A stretch of DNA of 64,000 nucleotides from an uncultured Algibacter sp. (GCA_947502405.1 CANMZT010000014.1:7309-71308), one strand, 5' to 3'; counted from the stretch's first letter, positions 17,436 through 27,872 are shown. Numbers and translations are program-made. Notes: a model not told the origin generated them from the sequence alone.

Positions 17436-18752
17436 ATGAGTACAAAAACAATTCCTTACGTAGCTTACAAAGTAAAAGATATCTCTTTAGCAGACTGGGG
17501 ACGAAAAGAAATTGAATTAGCCGAAGCAGAAATGCCAGGATTAATGAGTCTTCGTGAAGAATATAAAAACGAGCAACCATTAAAAGGTGCCCGTATAGCT
17601 GGATGTTTACACATGACTATTCAGACTGCAGTACTAATTGAAACCTTACAAGCTTTAGGCGCAGAAGTTACTTGGAGTTCTTGTAATATCTTCTCAACGC
17701 AAGATCAAGCTGCTGCTGCTATTGCTGCTGCTGGAACTGCAGTGTACGCATGGAAAGACATGACAGAAGAAGAATTTGATTGGTGTATCGAGCAAACACT
17801 TTTCTTTGGAGAAGACAGAAAACCATTAAATATGATTTTGGATGATGGTGGTGATTTAACCAATATGGTTTTAGATCAGTACCCAGAGTTAGCTGCTGGA
17901 ATTAATGGACTATCTGAAGAAACTACAACAGGTGTTCATAGATTATACGAGCGTGTTAAAAACGGAACTTTACCAATGCCAGCCATTAACGTAAACGATT
18001 CTGTTACAAAATCTAAATTCGATAATAAATACGGGTGTAAAGAAAGTGCAGTGGACGCTATTCGTCGTGCAACCGACATTATGTTAGCTGGAAAACGTGT
18101 AACCGTTTGTGGTTATGGTGATGTTGGTAAAGGTACAGCAGCCTCTTTTAAAGGTGCTGGGAGTATTGTAACTGTTACCGAAATTGACCCAATTTGTGCG
18201 CTTCAAGCTGCTATGGATGGTTTTGAAGTTAAAAAATTAGAAACTGTTGTCAGCAACTCTGATATTGTAATTACAACTACCGGAAACAAAGACATTGTTC
18301 GTGCAGAGCATTTCCAAGCAATGAAAGATAAAACCATCGTTTGTAACATTGGGCATTTTGATAACGAAATCCAAATGGCTTGGTTAAACGATAACTACGG
18401 AAACACCAAAAACACCATTAAACCTCAGGTTGATAAATATACCGTAGATGGAAAAGATATCATTATACTTGCCGAAGGACGTTTGGTTAATTTGGGTTGT
18501 GCTACAGGCCACCCAAGTTTTGTAATGAGTAACTCGTTTACCAACCAAACTTTAGCACAAATTGAACTTTGGAACAATGCTAATGCTTACAAAAACGATG
18601 TATATATGCTACCTAAACATCTTGATGAAAAAGTAGCAAAACTACACCTAGAAAAAATTGGTGTTGAGCTTACAGAGCTTAAACAAGACCAAGCAGAATA
18701 TATTGGTGTAACGGTTGAAGGCCCTTATAAGCCAGAGCATTACCGTTACTAA
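17436..18752 (+). CDS. ahcY: Adenosylhomocysteinase
   Basis: [49 protein letters not shown]. Confidence 0.99.
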   Translation: MSTKTIPYVAYKVKDISLADWGRKEIELAEAEMPGLMSLREEYKNEQPLKGARIAGCLHMTIQTAVLIETLQALGAEVTWSSCNIFSTQDQAAAAIAAAGTAVYAWKDMTEEEFDWCIEQTLFFGEDRKPLNMILDDGGDLTNMVLDQYPELAAGINGLSEETTTGVHRLYERVKNGTLPMPAINVNDSVTKSKFDNKYGCKESAVDAIRRATDIMLAGKRVTVCGYGDVGKGTAASFKGAGSIVTVTEIDPICALQAAMDGFEVKKLETVVSNSDIVITTTGNKDIVRAEHFQAMKDKTIVCNIGHFDNEIQMAWLNDNYGNTKNTIKPQVDKYTVDGKDIIILAEGRLVNLGCATGHPSFVMSNSFTNQTLAQIELWNNANAYKNDVYMLPKHLDEKVAKLHLEKIGVELTELKQDQAEYIGVTVEGPYKPEHYRY

Positions 18753-18756
18753 AAAA

Positions 18757-18790
18757 CGTCATTGCGAGGAGTTTGCGACGTGGCAATCTC
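18757..18790 (+). repeat. GTCATTG(C/T)GAG-type REP-like repeat
   Basis: CGTCATTGCGAGGAGTTTGCGACGTGGCAATCTC; sister copy at 34659..34693. Confidence 0.75.
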
Positions 18791-18810
18791 TTTAATTGAA
18801 TATAAAATAC

Positions 18811-18843
18811 AAATCCCAAGCAGAAATGTTTGGGATTTTTTTA
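18811..18843 (+). terminator. Intrinsic terminator after ahcY
   Basis: AAATCCCAAGCA-GAAA-TGTTTGGGATTT followed by a T-run. Confidence 0.85.
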
Positions 18844-18846
18844 TTT

Positions 18847-18943
18847 GGGCGTTACCACAAGGGTCGGGCTTTCGGGAGTCGCTCCCCGATCCCGATAGCT
18901 ATCGGGATCGGGGAGCTTCAACAAATCCCTCAATCCCTAACGC
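18847..18943 (-). repeat. GCGTTAGGGA...TAACGCCC structured repeat, copy A (probably Flavo-1-like)
   Basis: Conserved ends shared by five copies; internal hairpin carries CCCGATAGCTATCGGG. The Flavo-1 match is from memory and unverified. Confidence 0.8.
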
Positions 18944-18984
18944 AATATTCCAAAAATAATTTTTGATTCAATAAAGAAACCTAA

Positions 18985-19863
18985 CTAATTAAAATCTTTT
19001 CTTATTATAGTTATAGATGTTTCCTCTCCTTTATCAAGATTGGTTAAAGTTTGTACATTATTTTTAGAATCTATTATTTCTAAAAAAACTGTATTAGGAG
19101 ATATAGCCCCAATGTTTAAGGCTTTTAAAGTGATTTTTGTTTTCAACTTATCTAATGGAACTTCTATAATTTTTTTTGTTTGGGTAACTGTAAAATCGTT
19201 TAAAACGGAAATATTATTAATCAGTAAATTTATTTTATCACCATCTTCTTTTCCTGCATCATGAAGAACAAATTTTATATGTTGATCTACACTAAAAAAA
19301 CTGAGTTCTTCGTCTTTACCAACAAAATTAAGTTTTAAAGAGTCTAATGATTTTACTAAATTAACTTTCTGTTTTGTTTCCTTTTTAATAAGCTTACTTT
19401 TAGCTATTTTCTTGTCTAATCGCTCAGCTTTTTTAGTTATTTTATTAAAATTAGTTAATCGGATTTCTCCGCTTATACATTCTTCATCATCATCATATAA
19501 TCCCTTAAAAACACCTTCAATTCTAGCATTATCACCAGTTTTTTTTATTTTACCGCTAAAGTTAACAAAACAAAAATCATCTGTTGTAATTGGTGATTTT
19601 GTATATACAATCCCTTTCTCTTTAAAAGTAATTACTTTATCTTTTTTACTCAAATACCCTCTTATAGTAGATTTCGTTTCATGCGCACCACCAATATCAG
19701 TTACAGAGTATCCTAAAATATTATCAGCTTTTACAGTAAAGTTAATTTTATAAGATATCAAAGATGTATCATTTAGCTTTATAAACCCCAAATATTCTGA
19801 TGTTTCTTGTGAAAACAAAAAGCAATTAAATAACAAATAAATTGTAAGTATGAAACACCTCAC
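18985..19863 (-). CDS. Hypothetical exported protein
   Basis: 292-aa ORF with signal peptide; no recognised domain. Confidence 0.65.
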   Translation of the reverse strand: MRCFILTIYLLFNCFLFSQETSEYLGFIKLNDTSLISYKINFTVKADNILGYSVTDIGGAHETKSTIRGYLSKKDKVITFKEKGIVYTKSPITTDDFCFVNFSGKIKKTGDNARIEGVFKGLYDDDEECISGEIRLTNFNKITKKAERLDKKIAKSKLIKKETKQKVNLVKSLDSLKLNFVGKDEELSFFSVDQHIKFVLHDAGKEDGDKINLLINNISVLNDFTVTQTKKIIEVPLDKLKTKITLKALNIGAISPNTVFLEIIDSKNNVQTLTNLDKGEETSITIIRKDFN

Positions 19864-19921
19864 TTTATTAACACATTTTATTTATATTGCAAACATAACT
19901 TAAATAACATTATCTTAAATT

Positions 19922-20296
19922 ATGAAAATTAAAATTATTCTTTTTTTATTAATAGCTATATTTTCTACTTCAAGTAGCTATGCATCTTTTCCTGTTGTGA
20001 AAGCATCTACTTCAAACAGTGTAAACGCAGAATCAGTTCAATCAAATGATTCAGACTTACTAGTATCTCCTGCTATTGTGGCTTCAGAAAAAAGTCAAGG
20101 AATTGCTATTGTTTTATTATTAGTATTAGGGTTTCTTGCTGGACACAGATGGTATTTAGGAACTCCTTGGATTTGGAATTTATTTTTCATTATGACTTTA
20201 GGAGGCTTAGGTATATGGGCGTTAATTGATTTAATTAGGATAATAACTAAAGATCTTACTCCAGCAAGAGGCCGTTATAAAAGAAGCTTCTTTTAA
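19922..20296 (+). CDS. TM2 domain-containing protein
   Basis: LGFLAGHRWYLG...TLGGLGIWALIDLIRI. Confidence 0.88.
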   Translation: MKIKIILFLLIAIFSTSSSYASFPVVKASTSNSVNAESVQSNDSDLLVSPAIVASEKSQGIAIVLLLVLGFLAGHRWYLGTPWIWNLFFIMTLGGLGIWALIDLIRIITKDLTPARGRYKRSFF

Positions 20297-20309
20297 AACT
20301 AAATTAGAC

Positions 20310-21263
20310 ATGAGACATCTTATACAAGCGCTAATGCTGTTTTTTTCAGTTTTTATAAGCGCTCAAGTTACGGTAGGGAAAAGTATCATTGGTACTTTTG
20401 AAGATTTTAAAAAAGGCGAGTATGAACTCATCAAAAAGAAAACAACCGTTTTCGTTGTAGACGATTTAAATCTTGACGCTTTTAATAAAATGATTAAGGA
20501 TGTTTGGACTTACAACGAATATATAGTAATAGCTCGAGAGGATTATAACGAAAGCTCTTACGAGTCTGAAAAATATGCTCCTTTCATAATTGAAGGGTTT
20601 ATCAGAACAACAACTAATACCCAAACTGGTAGAACCCGCGAATCTGTTTTTGTTTACCATCGTTATTTCTATTATACTTTTAAAGAAAAAAGAAATAAAA
20701 TAAAAACCAAAACACATACCATTGCAGGTATATTTTATGCTGGCGATGTAGAAACTACATTTCAAACTATAAGATCACAATCATTTGGCAATATGTATGA
20801 TGGCTACAACAACTATAGCCTTGGATATTTAAAAAATTATTTTCAAAAAATAAATCATGAATTTTCAACTAAAGGTTACTCATTTGCATTTGCTCAAGAT
20901 TATGACAAAAAGAAAATGAAGCCGCTTAAAAAAAGTACGCTTTATATTCCAGAATTTATTCAAAACAAATATAACGCATGGATTGGATCTTCTAATTTTG
21001 GCGAAGAAGAACGAGAAAAACCAAACGATTTATTAAAGGACTACGATCATCCATACGAATGGATTTCAAAAGAAGATTTGAATGATAAAATCTTAAATGC
21101 TACCGAAAATTTTTATTATTTAATGTATGTTAGATTGAATTCTGAAAAAATTCTTGCAGTTATGAATGGCTTCACAGGCGAAATGATTTATCAAGACCAT
21201 CAAACCATGTCATTTAACATTAAAAGAAAAGATTTAAGGCGTATAAGCGCTAAAGTGAAATAA
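20310..21263 (+). CDS. Hypothetical exported protein
   Basis: Signal peptide ending ISAQ; 317 aa. Confidence 0.65.
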   Translation: MRHLIQALMLFFSVFISAQVTVGKSIIGTFEDFKKGEYELIKKKTTVFVVDDLNLDAFNKMIKDVWTYNEYIVIAREDYNESSYESEKYAPFIIEGFIRTTTNTQTGRTRESVFVYHRYFYYTFKEKRNKIKTKTHTIAGIFYAGDVETTFQTIRSQSFGNMYDGYNNYSLGYLKNYFQKINHEFSTKGYSFAFAQDYDKKKMKPLKKSTLYIPEFIQNKYNAWIGSSNFGEEEREKPNDLLKDYDHPYEWISKEDLNDKILNATENFYYLMYVRLNSEKILAVMNGFTGEMIYQDHQTMSFNIKRKDLRRISAKVK

Positions 21264-21283
21264 ATTTTAATAAACTAAATTCC

Positions 21284-21316
21284 AAATTCCAAGCAGCAAT
21301 GTTTGGGATTTTTTTA
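21284..21316 (+). terminator. Intrinsic terminator, near-identical to the ahcY terminator
   Basis: AAATTCCAAGCA-GCAA-TGTTTGGGATTT followed by a T-run. Confidence 0.8.
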
Positions 21317-21319
21317 TTT

Positions 21320-21464
21320 GGGCGTTACCATAAGGGGTAAGGCTTTACTCATTGATTTATAATTCAAATTAATGAATTCGTGAATATAAATATTTCACTG
21401 CTCAATCCCTCTCCCGACAGCTATCGGTATTAGGGATTTTAAACATACCGTTCAATCCCTAACC
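21320..21464 (-). repeat. Structured repeat, copy B (degenerate, expanded)
   Basis: Plus strand GGGCGTTACCATAAGGG...CAATCCCTAACC; contains CCCGACAGCTATCGG. Confidence 0.65.
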
Positions 21465-21538
21465 TTTAGATTAGCATCACCACTCACTATACTAAACAAA
21501 ATATTTAGTTCGGATTCAATTAGCTTAAGCAAACACAC

Positions 21539-23629
21539 TTAATTCTTTTTAGGATGCACTAATTTCATTTCATCAATTAAGTTATTTGCACCCGCATATT
21601 TATCGATAATAAACAATACATAACGAAGGTCTACCATAATATTTCTACAAATCTCAGGATCATAATAAATATCACTCATTGTGCCTTCCCAAACGCGATC
21701 AAAATTCAATCCAATTAAATTCCCTTCTGCATCTATTGCAGGACTTCCTGAATTACCACCGGTAGTATGATTAGTTCCTAAAAAACAAATTGGAAGTTTA
21801 CCGTTTTCATCAGCATATTGCCCATAATCTTTAGCCTCATATAACTCTAGAAGTTTTTCAGGCACATCAAACTCGTAATCCCCTGGAACGTATTTTTCAA
21901 TAACTCCATCTAAATACGTAACTGGATTATAGTACACTGCATCTCTTGGGGAATATCCATTTACTTTACCATAAGTAACCCTAAGTGTACTATTGGCATC
22001 TGGAAAATAGCGTTCTTTTGGCATAACTTCCATTAAGGCTTTCATGTAGATATTCTGTGTTTCGTTAATTTTTGTATTCAAACTCTGGAATTTAGGCTCT
22101 AACTCATTAAAAAACTCCATAACCATGGGTTTAGCATATGTATATGCTGCATCGTTATTCAACTTTTTAATAACAGAAGCTTTATCACCTTCTAAAAGCG
22201 CTAAGGCATTATCTAAATTTACAAAAGCTGTTTTATCATAAATAGAAACATCTACATTATCCGTGTATAATGGCATTACAGCTTCATAAACCCCTCTATC
22301 AACCTTAACATTATAATTTTTATGGATACCCTTTAAACGATTAACAACTGATCTTCTAGCCTTTTCAAAAGCATCATCGCTTCTGTTAGCAGCATTTTCC
22401 ATTTGTGTTAAACGTAACATCATGTGCATAAGCTCATTAGTTGACAAAAACACTTCAATAAATTTGTAGCGATTAACATGCACCTTTTCAAACTCACCAT
22501 AAAGCGCTTTGAAGTTTTCTAAAATATTACCATATTCATCCTCTTTCCCTTGAGATTTTAAAGCCTTTGTAAATTCATTTTCAAATTCACGCTTTACATC
22601 TATAGCACCACTTTTATTAATACCTAGGTTTTCCCCAATCCATTTTTTCCACGAATTTGCTATTCGTGCTTGCTTAGAAGCGTATTGAATACGAATTTGG
22701 TCGTCTGCCTTCATGTTAGCATCAATAACCTTTAATGCAGCCTCTCGAATTGCAATTTTTTCTGGATTAACTTTTTGAGTTATCTGCTCAACAGCCACAG
22801 CTGGTAAATACTCATTTGTTCGACCTGGAAAACCAAACACCATGGTAAAATCATTTTCTTCAACTCCATCTAAAGATACTGGAAGGTAATGTTTCGGAAT
22901 ATAAGGTACATTATCTTTACTGTATTCCGCTGGCTTGTTATTTTTATCGGCATAAATTCTGAATAAAGAAAAATCTCCTGTATGCCTTGGCCACACCCAG
23001 TTATCAGTATCACTACCAAATTTACCGATACTTGAAGGCGGTGCTCCAACCAAACGAACATCATTAAAACGTTCTGTTACAAACAAGTAATACTGATTAC
23101 CATTATAAAATGGCCTTATCTTAATGCCTTCCCAAGTTTCTTTCTTTACATTCTTTTCAACCTTATTTCTATTGATATCAATTTTAGATTGTCTTTGCCT
23201 TGAGTCCAAATCATCTGTAACCCCTTCAAGCATAGCCTCAGTTACATCTTCAATTCTAACTATAAACTCAACATACAAACCCTTATTTGGGAGTTCTTCT
23301 TCAAGAGACATCGCCCAAAAGCCATTCTTTAAATAATCATTTTCTAATGATGAATGAGATTGAATTTGACCAAAACCACAATGATGATTAGTAAGTAACA
23401 ACCCCTTGGGAGAAATTACCTCACTGGTACAACCGCCATTAAAATGGCCTATAGCATCCTTAATACTTGAATTATTAATGTCGTAAATATCTTTAGCAGT
23501 TAATTTACTGCCTAGACTTTGCATTTCGGTTTCATTCATTCCTTCTAAAAGTGAAGGAATCCACATCCCGCCTTGTTGGGCTGATACTTGAAATACAATA
23601 AATAGAAGTATTACTCTTAAAAGTCTCAT
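21539..23629 (-). CDS. S46 family dipeptidyl peptidase, DPP11-like (Asp/Glu-specific)
   Basis: GGMWIP, TNHHC, TTGGNSGSP; FDRVWEG carries the Arg that distinguishes DPP11 from DPP7 (FDGNWE). Confidence 0.92.
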   Translation of the reverse strand: MRLLRVILLFIVFQVSAQQGGMWIPSLLEGMNETEMQSLGSKLTAKDIYDINNSSIKDAIGHFNGGCTSEVISPKGLLLTNHHCGFGQIQSHSSLENDYLKNGFWAMSLEEELPNKGLYVEFIVRIEDVTEAMLEGVTDDLDSRQRQSKIDINRNKVEKNVKKETWEGIKIRPFYNGNQYYLFVTERFNDVRLVGAPPSSIGKFGSDTDNWVWPRHTGDFSLFRIYADKNNKPAEYSKDNVPYIPKHYLPVSLDGVEENDFTMVFGFPGRTNEYLPAVAVEQITQKVNPEKIAIREAALKVIDANMKADDQIRIQYASKQARIANSWKKWIGENLGINKSGAIDVKREFENEFTKALKSQGKEDEYGNILENFKALYGEFEKVHVNRYKFIEVFLSTNELMHMMLRLTQMENAANRSDDAFEKARRSVVNRLKGIHKNYNVKVDRGVYEAVMPLYTDNVDVSIYDKTAFVNLDNALALLEGDKASVIKKLNNDAAYTYAKPMVMEFFNELEPKFQSLNTKINETQNIYMKALMEVMPKERYFPDANSTLRVTYGKVNGYSPRDAVYYNPVTYLDGVIEKYVPGDYEFDVPEKLLELYEAKDYGQYADENGKLPICFLGTNHTTGGNSGSPAIDAEGNLIGLNFDRVWEGTMSDIYYDPEICRNIMVDLRYVLFIIDKYAGANNLIDEMKLVHPKKN

Positions 23630-23789
23630 ATTGCTAGGTTTTAGTAGTAGTAAATATAAAAATATCCTTTACGAACTTTGTATAAAGTATGTTAAAAAAT
23701 AGCTTAGAAACTAAGGTTGATATAAAGCAGAATAGGTTTGCTAAAACGTAATTTTTTAAGTTTTAGTAAAAAATTATAAGTATACGTTC

Positions 23790-24068
23790 TTAATCATCAA
23801 TCAAATCCTCTTCAAAATACCACCACAAACTAGAATCAATGGATGTTTTCATTTTATTAATATCTACATCATCTTTTAAAAAAACAGTAATACTTTCACA
23901 AGCTCTATTTCTAGCTATACCGTCACAAATCTCGATATCTTCTATTTCTTTAAAATGCTCTAAATGCTTTTTAATTCGTGCATCTAAGGACTCGTCACTT
24001 AAAAAAATCTTAATGGTAGGTTGCGTTGGGGAGTTTCTAATTTCAGATCTAAATGGCAGCATAATCAT
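23790..24068 (-). CDS. Small hypothetical protein
   Basis: 92-aa ORF with protein-like composition; preferred over the overlapping plus-strand ORF. Confidence 0.6.
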   Translation of the reverse strand: MIMLPFRSEIRNSPTQPTIKIFLSDESLDARIKKHLEHFKEIEDIEICDGIARNRACESITVFLKDDVDINKMKTSIDSSLWWYFEEDLIDD

Positions 24069-24158
24069 TCATTTTTAAGTAAAACAATACATCAATTGCG
24101 TTACGCAATAGCTTAAAGTTAAGAATTAAATCAATATCTTTTAGAATAATTTTAAAAA

Positions 24159-24632
24159 ATGGAACAAAGGCGTATCGAAATTCTGAACACCCTATTATCT
24201 GAAATAGAAGGGCATATTCCTAATAAAGACTTAAAAAATAAAGCTGTTTCTAGTTCTGATATTGGTTGGCAATTAGACCATAGTTTAAAAGTTTTTAACG
24301 CTGTTAGCGCGTGGACAGAAAACTCTAAACCAGAAGATTACAAAAGAAGCTTTAACTTTTGGAGACTTATTTTATTTCCGTTGTGTTATATACCAAGAGG
24401 AAAAGCAAAAGCTCCAAAAATAGTACGACCTCCAGAAATAATTAAACAAGAAGATTTAGCAAATCAATTACAAACTGCAAGAACACACATTATAAAGCTA
24501 AAAACACTTCCGAAAAAAGCCTACTTTAAACATTTTATTTTTGGCATGCTATCTAAAAAACAAACCCTTCGCTTTTTAGAAATGCATACTAAGCATCATT
24601 TAAAAATTATAAACGATATTTTGAAACAATAA
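24159..24632 (+). CDS. DinB-like / DUF1569 family protein
   Basis: IGWQLDHSL, KHF.FG.L, H..HHL. Confidence 0.75.
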   Translation: MEQRRIEILNTLLSEIEGHIPNKDLKNKAVSSSDIGWQLDHSLKVFNAVSAWTENSKPEDYKRSFNFWRLILFPLCYIPRGKAKAPKIVRPPEIIKQEDLANQLQTARTHIIKLKTLPKKAYFKHFIFGMLSKKQTLRFLEMHTKHHLKIINDILKQ

Positions 24633-24662
24633 AAAACCCTTTCTGTTTCCAGAAAGGGTTTT
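24633..24662. terminator. Bidirectional terminator between the DinB-like gene and rpmA
   Basis: AAAACCCTTTCTG-TTTC-CAGAAAGGGTTTT. Confidence 0.85.
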
Positions 24663-24685
24663 AATGCGTTTAAGAAATGTGTTTC

Positions 24686-24946
24686 TTAAGCCTGAAAAGG
24701 CTCAATAGAAACAAAAGACTTATTGTCTTTTTTCTTAGTAAACTTTACAATACCGTCAACTTGTGCATGTAAAGTATGGTCTTTTCCTTGGTATACATTT
24801 TCACCTGGGTGATGTGTATTACCACGTTGTCTTACGATAATGTTTCCAGCAATAGCAGCTTGTCCACCAAAAATCTTAACACCTAAGCGTTTCGATTCTG
24901 ATTCTCTACCATTCTTAGAACTACCTACTCCTTTTTTATGAGCCAT
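24686..24946 (-). CDS. rpmA: 50S ribosomal protein bL27
   Basis: [24 protein letters not shown]. Confidence 0.99.
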   Translation of the reverse strand: MAHKKGVGSSKNGRESESKRLGVKIFGGQAAIAGNIIVRQRGNTHHPGENVYQGKDHTLHAQVDGIVKFTKKKDNKSFVSIEPFQA

Positions 24947-24986
24947 TGTCTTAAGTTTTTATATTGTTAAACTAAGTGGTTAGCAA

Positions 24987-25652
24987 TTAAGCTTTACCAC
25001 CATCTAATTCGTCTTGCCATTTTTTAAGCTCATCCCATTTACCATCAGCAGCTAATTTAGCTTGTGCTGGCCATGTATCTGTAACGTGGTTTCCACGAAC
25101 ACCTGCGATGATTTCTGATATTGCAGCTGGTTTAGCTTTTGCTAAATCTGCAAAAGTTGTAATTCCTGCCTCTACTAAAGTTGATGCAATTTTTGGACCA
25201 ATACCTTCGATTTTCTTTAAATCGTCAGCTTTTCCTGTTGCTTTTTTTGCAGCTGGTTTTGCTTTTGGTGCAGCAGCTTTCGCCTCTACTTTTGGTTCTG
25301 CTTTTTTAGTTTCCTTTTTAGGAGCTGCTTTTTTAGCTCCAGATGCTGCGATACTTTCTATCACAATCTCTGTTAAAGACTGACGATGACCATTTTTAAC
25401 ACGGTAACCTTTACGTCTTTTCTTTTTGAAAACTATAACTTTATCACCTTTAAGGTGCTTTAAGACTTTTGCACTTACTTGTGCTCCGTCTATAGCTGGG
25501 GCGCCTACAGTTACTTTGTCACCATCACCTAAAAGAAGTACATTATCGAAAGATACTTTCTTACCTTCTTCAGTTTGTAAACGGTTAACAAAAACTTTTT
25601 GGTCTTTTTCAACTTTAAATTGATGCCCTGCTATCTCTACAATTGCGTACAT
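24987..25652 (-). CDS. rplU: 50S ribosomal protein bL21 with a C-terminal HhH-like extension
   Basis: MYAIVEIAGHQFKV...KKKRRKGY..KNGHRQ, then an Ala/Lys linker and DDLKKIEGIGPKI. Confidence 0.98.
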   Translation of the reverse strand: MYAIVEIAGHQFKVEKDQKVFVNRLQTEEGKKVSFDNVLLLGDGDKVTVGAPAIDGAQVSAKVLKHLKGDKVIVFKKKRRKGYRVKNGHRQSLTEIVIESIAASGAKKAAPKKETKKAEPKVEAKAAAPKAKPAAKKATGKADDLKKIEGIGPKIASTLVEAGITTFADLAKAKPAAISEIIAGVRGNHVTDTWPAQAKLAADGKWDELKKWQDELDGGKA

Positions 25653-25694
25653 AGCGTAACGTTTTTATTAATTAATTTGTTCAAAAAATGAGTG

Positions 25695-25702
25695 CAAATA
25701 TA
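25695..25702 (-). promoter_or_regulatory. -7 promoter box (TATATTTG) for rplU-rpmA
   Basis: Consensus match. Confidence 0.7.
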
Positions 25703-25739
25703 CTGCTAATTAATTAATCTACAAACGTTATTATTATTT

Positions 25740-26183
25740 TTACACTATATTTCTAGACTTTTTAAAAAGTTGCATTACCGTTAAAGCAGAAACTACAGTT
25801 GTTGCTAGCCCCATTACAGCAACCACAAAGGTTACCATACCAATATCAGCATTAAAACCTCCTTTTATTTTTTGAAGTAATTCTGGCAAAAAAGCGCTAT
25901 TAATCTCTGTTGCATAAAACAAAAAGAAAACGGTAAATAAAATGGTTGCAACAAAACCTGTTATAATACCTGTTTTAAATCCTTCACTATAAGTAAAACC
26001 TTTTGGGTTTTCAAATTTACTTAAACGGATTGCTTCATAAATTCCAAAACCTGTTATTAAAGCATTTACAAAACTAAACGCTGGATTTGTGTGTTTATCA
26101 ACCAAAGACAACACTAAAAAATAAGCTACTAATACGGCACTAGTTACTATTCCGAAACGAATGGGAAGTGATAAATTTTTCAT
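25740..26183 (-). CDS. DUF4199-like membrane protein
   Basis: Four TM helices; YSEGFKTGIITG. Confidence 0.7.
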   Translation of the reverse strand: MKNLSLPIRFGIVTSAVLVAYFLVLSLVDKHTNPAFSFVNALITGFGIYEAIRLSKFENPKGFTYSEGFKTGIITGFVATILFTVFFLFYATEINSAFLPELLQKIKGGFNADIGMVTFVVAVMGLATTVVSALTVMQLFKKSRNIV

Positions 26184-26294
26184 ATTTGGCAGGGATTAAT
26201 TCTCTTAAATTTCGTGAAAATTCCTGAAAAAAAATAATTTTAGAATAGAAAACTTAGTTTTAATACCTTGATTCCTAATATAATTACTTGGTTT

Positions 26295-27173
26295 TTATAT
26301 AGCTTTTTTATGCGATAAATAAACACCAAATAGAATTATAATACTAGCAAAACCTTGAATCCAACTAAAAGTTTCCCCATCTAAAAAACCCCACATTAAT
26401 GCAACTATTGGCATTAAGTATGTAACTGATGATGCGAACACTGGTGTAGATATTTGAACCAATTTATTGAACAGTATTTTAGCCAAGGCAGTACCAAAGA
26501 AAGATAATATAGTAATGTAAACCATTGCCATTTTAAAATGGGGCTGACTGAATGTTTCAGCAGAAAAGAAATTTGTAAAAAACAAAATTATAACAGCAGG
26601 AATAAAAATCCCCACAAAATTCCCTGTAGCTATGGTTAACGGTTTTACGTGTTGCAAATACTTTTTTATAATATTAACATTGGCAGCGTACATTAAAGTA
26701 GACAATATCACAAAAATAGCATACCAATAGTTTTGATTTGGGTTAAGATTTGCACCTTTTAATATAAGCATAGCAGTACCAATAAAACCAATAATAACTC
26801 CTACTATTTGCCTTTTTGTAGAGGTTATTTTAAAAATAGCAAACCCCAATAAAATAGCATTTAGTGGCACCAGTGAATTCAATACCGAAACCACAGCACT
26901 ATCAATTTCAGTTTCAGCAATAGCAAAGAAAAACGAAGGTATAAAAGACCCTAAAACACCAGAAATGATTAGCCATTTCCAATCTTTAGTCTTAATAGTT
27001 TTTACTGTTTTAAAGCCTAATACGAATAAAATTAAACCCGTAATCACAACTCTTAAAGCTCCCAACTGATAAGGTGTTAAACCCAAAAGCGCTTTCTTAA
27101 TAAGAATAAATGAACTTCCCCAAATTAAGGAGAGTACAAAAAGATATAACCACTTAGAACTTATACCGCTCAT
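26295..27173 (-). CDS. DMT/EamA family transporter (ATG 27173 preferred)
   Basis: LIWGSSFILIK, about ten TM helices, VTYLMPIVALMWG. Confidence 0.9.
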   Translation of the reverse strand: MSGISSKWLYLFVLSLIWGSSFILIKKALLGLTPYQLGALRVVITGLILFVLGFKTVKTIKTKDWKWLIISGVLGSFIPSFFFAIAETEIDSAVVSVLNSLVPLNAILLGFAIFKITSTKRQIVGVIIGFIGTAMLILKGANLNPNQNYWYAIFVILSTLMYAANVNIIKKYLQHVKPLTIATGNFVGIFIPAVIILFFTNFFSAETFSQPHFKMAMVYITILSFFGTALAKILFNKLVQISTPVFASSVTYLMPIVALMWGFLDGETFSWIQGFASIIILFGVYLSHKKAI

Positions 27174-27265
27174 TATTTTGAATTTAACTTGTACAAAATT
27201 GAGCTTTTTAGTAGAATAAACCGCATTATTTATTAATTTTGTTGCATAAATCTTAATAAAGAATA

Positions 27266-27820
27266 GTGATGAAAACAATAAAACATATTTTAACTTTTGC
27301 GCTTATTGCTTCTTTTACACTTAGCTGTAAAAATGAAAAGAATCCAGAGGTTAAAACAGTAGAAGTTGAAGCTGAAGCTGTAAAAAAATTAGATCCCAAT
27401 GCAACTTTTGCAAAAGCAGAATTCACTATTGATGGAATGACTTGTGCTATGGGTTGCGCAGCTCAAATTCAAAAGAAAATTGCTAAAATGGATGGTGTAA
27501 AGTCAGCAATCGTGGATTTTGACAAAAAGTTAGCCATGGTAGAATATAATGAAGCCAAGGTAACACCTATTACCTTAGAGGAAGCTGTAACTAAAGTATC
27601 AGATACTTATAAAGTAAGTGACATGAAAACGGTTGAAGACTTCTCAAATAAAAAAGTATGTTCAGCTGATTGTAAAAAAGAATGTTGCACCAATAAAGAG
27701 AAAAAAACATGCAAACCTGGATGCGAAAAGGCATGTTGTAAAGACGGTGCTAAAGCCGATAAAAAAATAGCTTGTAAAGCTGACTGTAAAAAAGCATGTT
27801 GTACTACTAAAGAAGCATAA
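27266..27820 (+). CDS. Heavy-metal-associated (HMA) domain lipoprotein with a Cys-rich tail
   Basis: Lipobox TLSC; GMTCAMGCA; three C-x3-C-x3-CC repeats. Confidence 0.85.
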   Translation: MMKTIKHILTFALIASFTLSCKNEKNPEVKTVEVEAEAVKKLDPNATFAKAEFTIDGMTCAMGCAAQIQKKIAKMDGVKSAIVDFDKKLAMVEYNEAKVTPITLEEAVTKVSDTYKVSDMKTVEDFSNKKVCSADCKKECCTNKEKKTCKPGCEKACCKDGAKADKKIACKADCKKACCTTKEA

Positions 27821-27841
27821 CTTAAAACTGATTAATCAAAG

Positions 27842-27872
27842 AAAAGGACTTCTCGTTATGAGAGGTCTTTTT
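27842..27872. terminator. Terminator between the HMA gene and gldD
   Basis: AAAAGGACTTCTC-GTTAT-GAGAGGTCTTTTT. Confidence 0.7.

Noticed and set aside
18762-18959. 65-aa ORF after ahcY
   Set aside because: Consists of repeat and terminator sequence
23839-24078. 79-aa plus-strand ORF
   Set aside because: Shadow of the more protein-like minus-strand ORF 23790..24068
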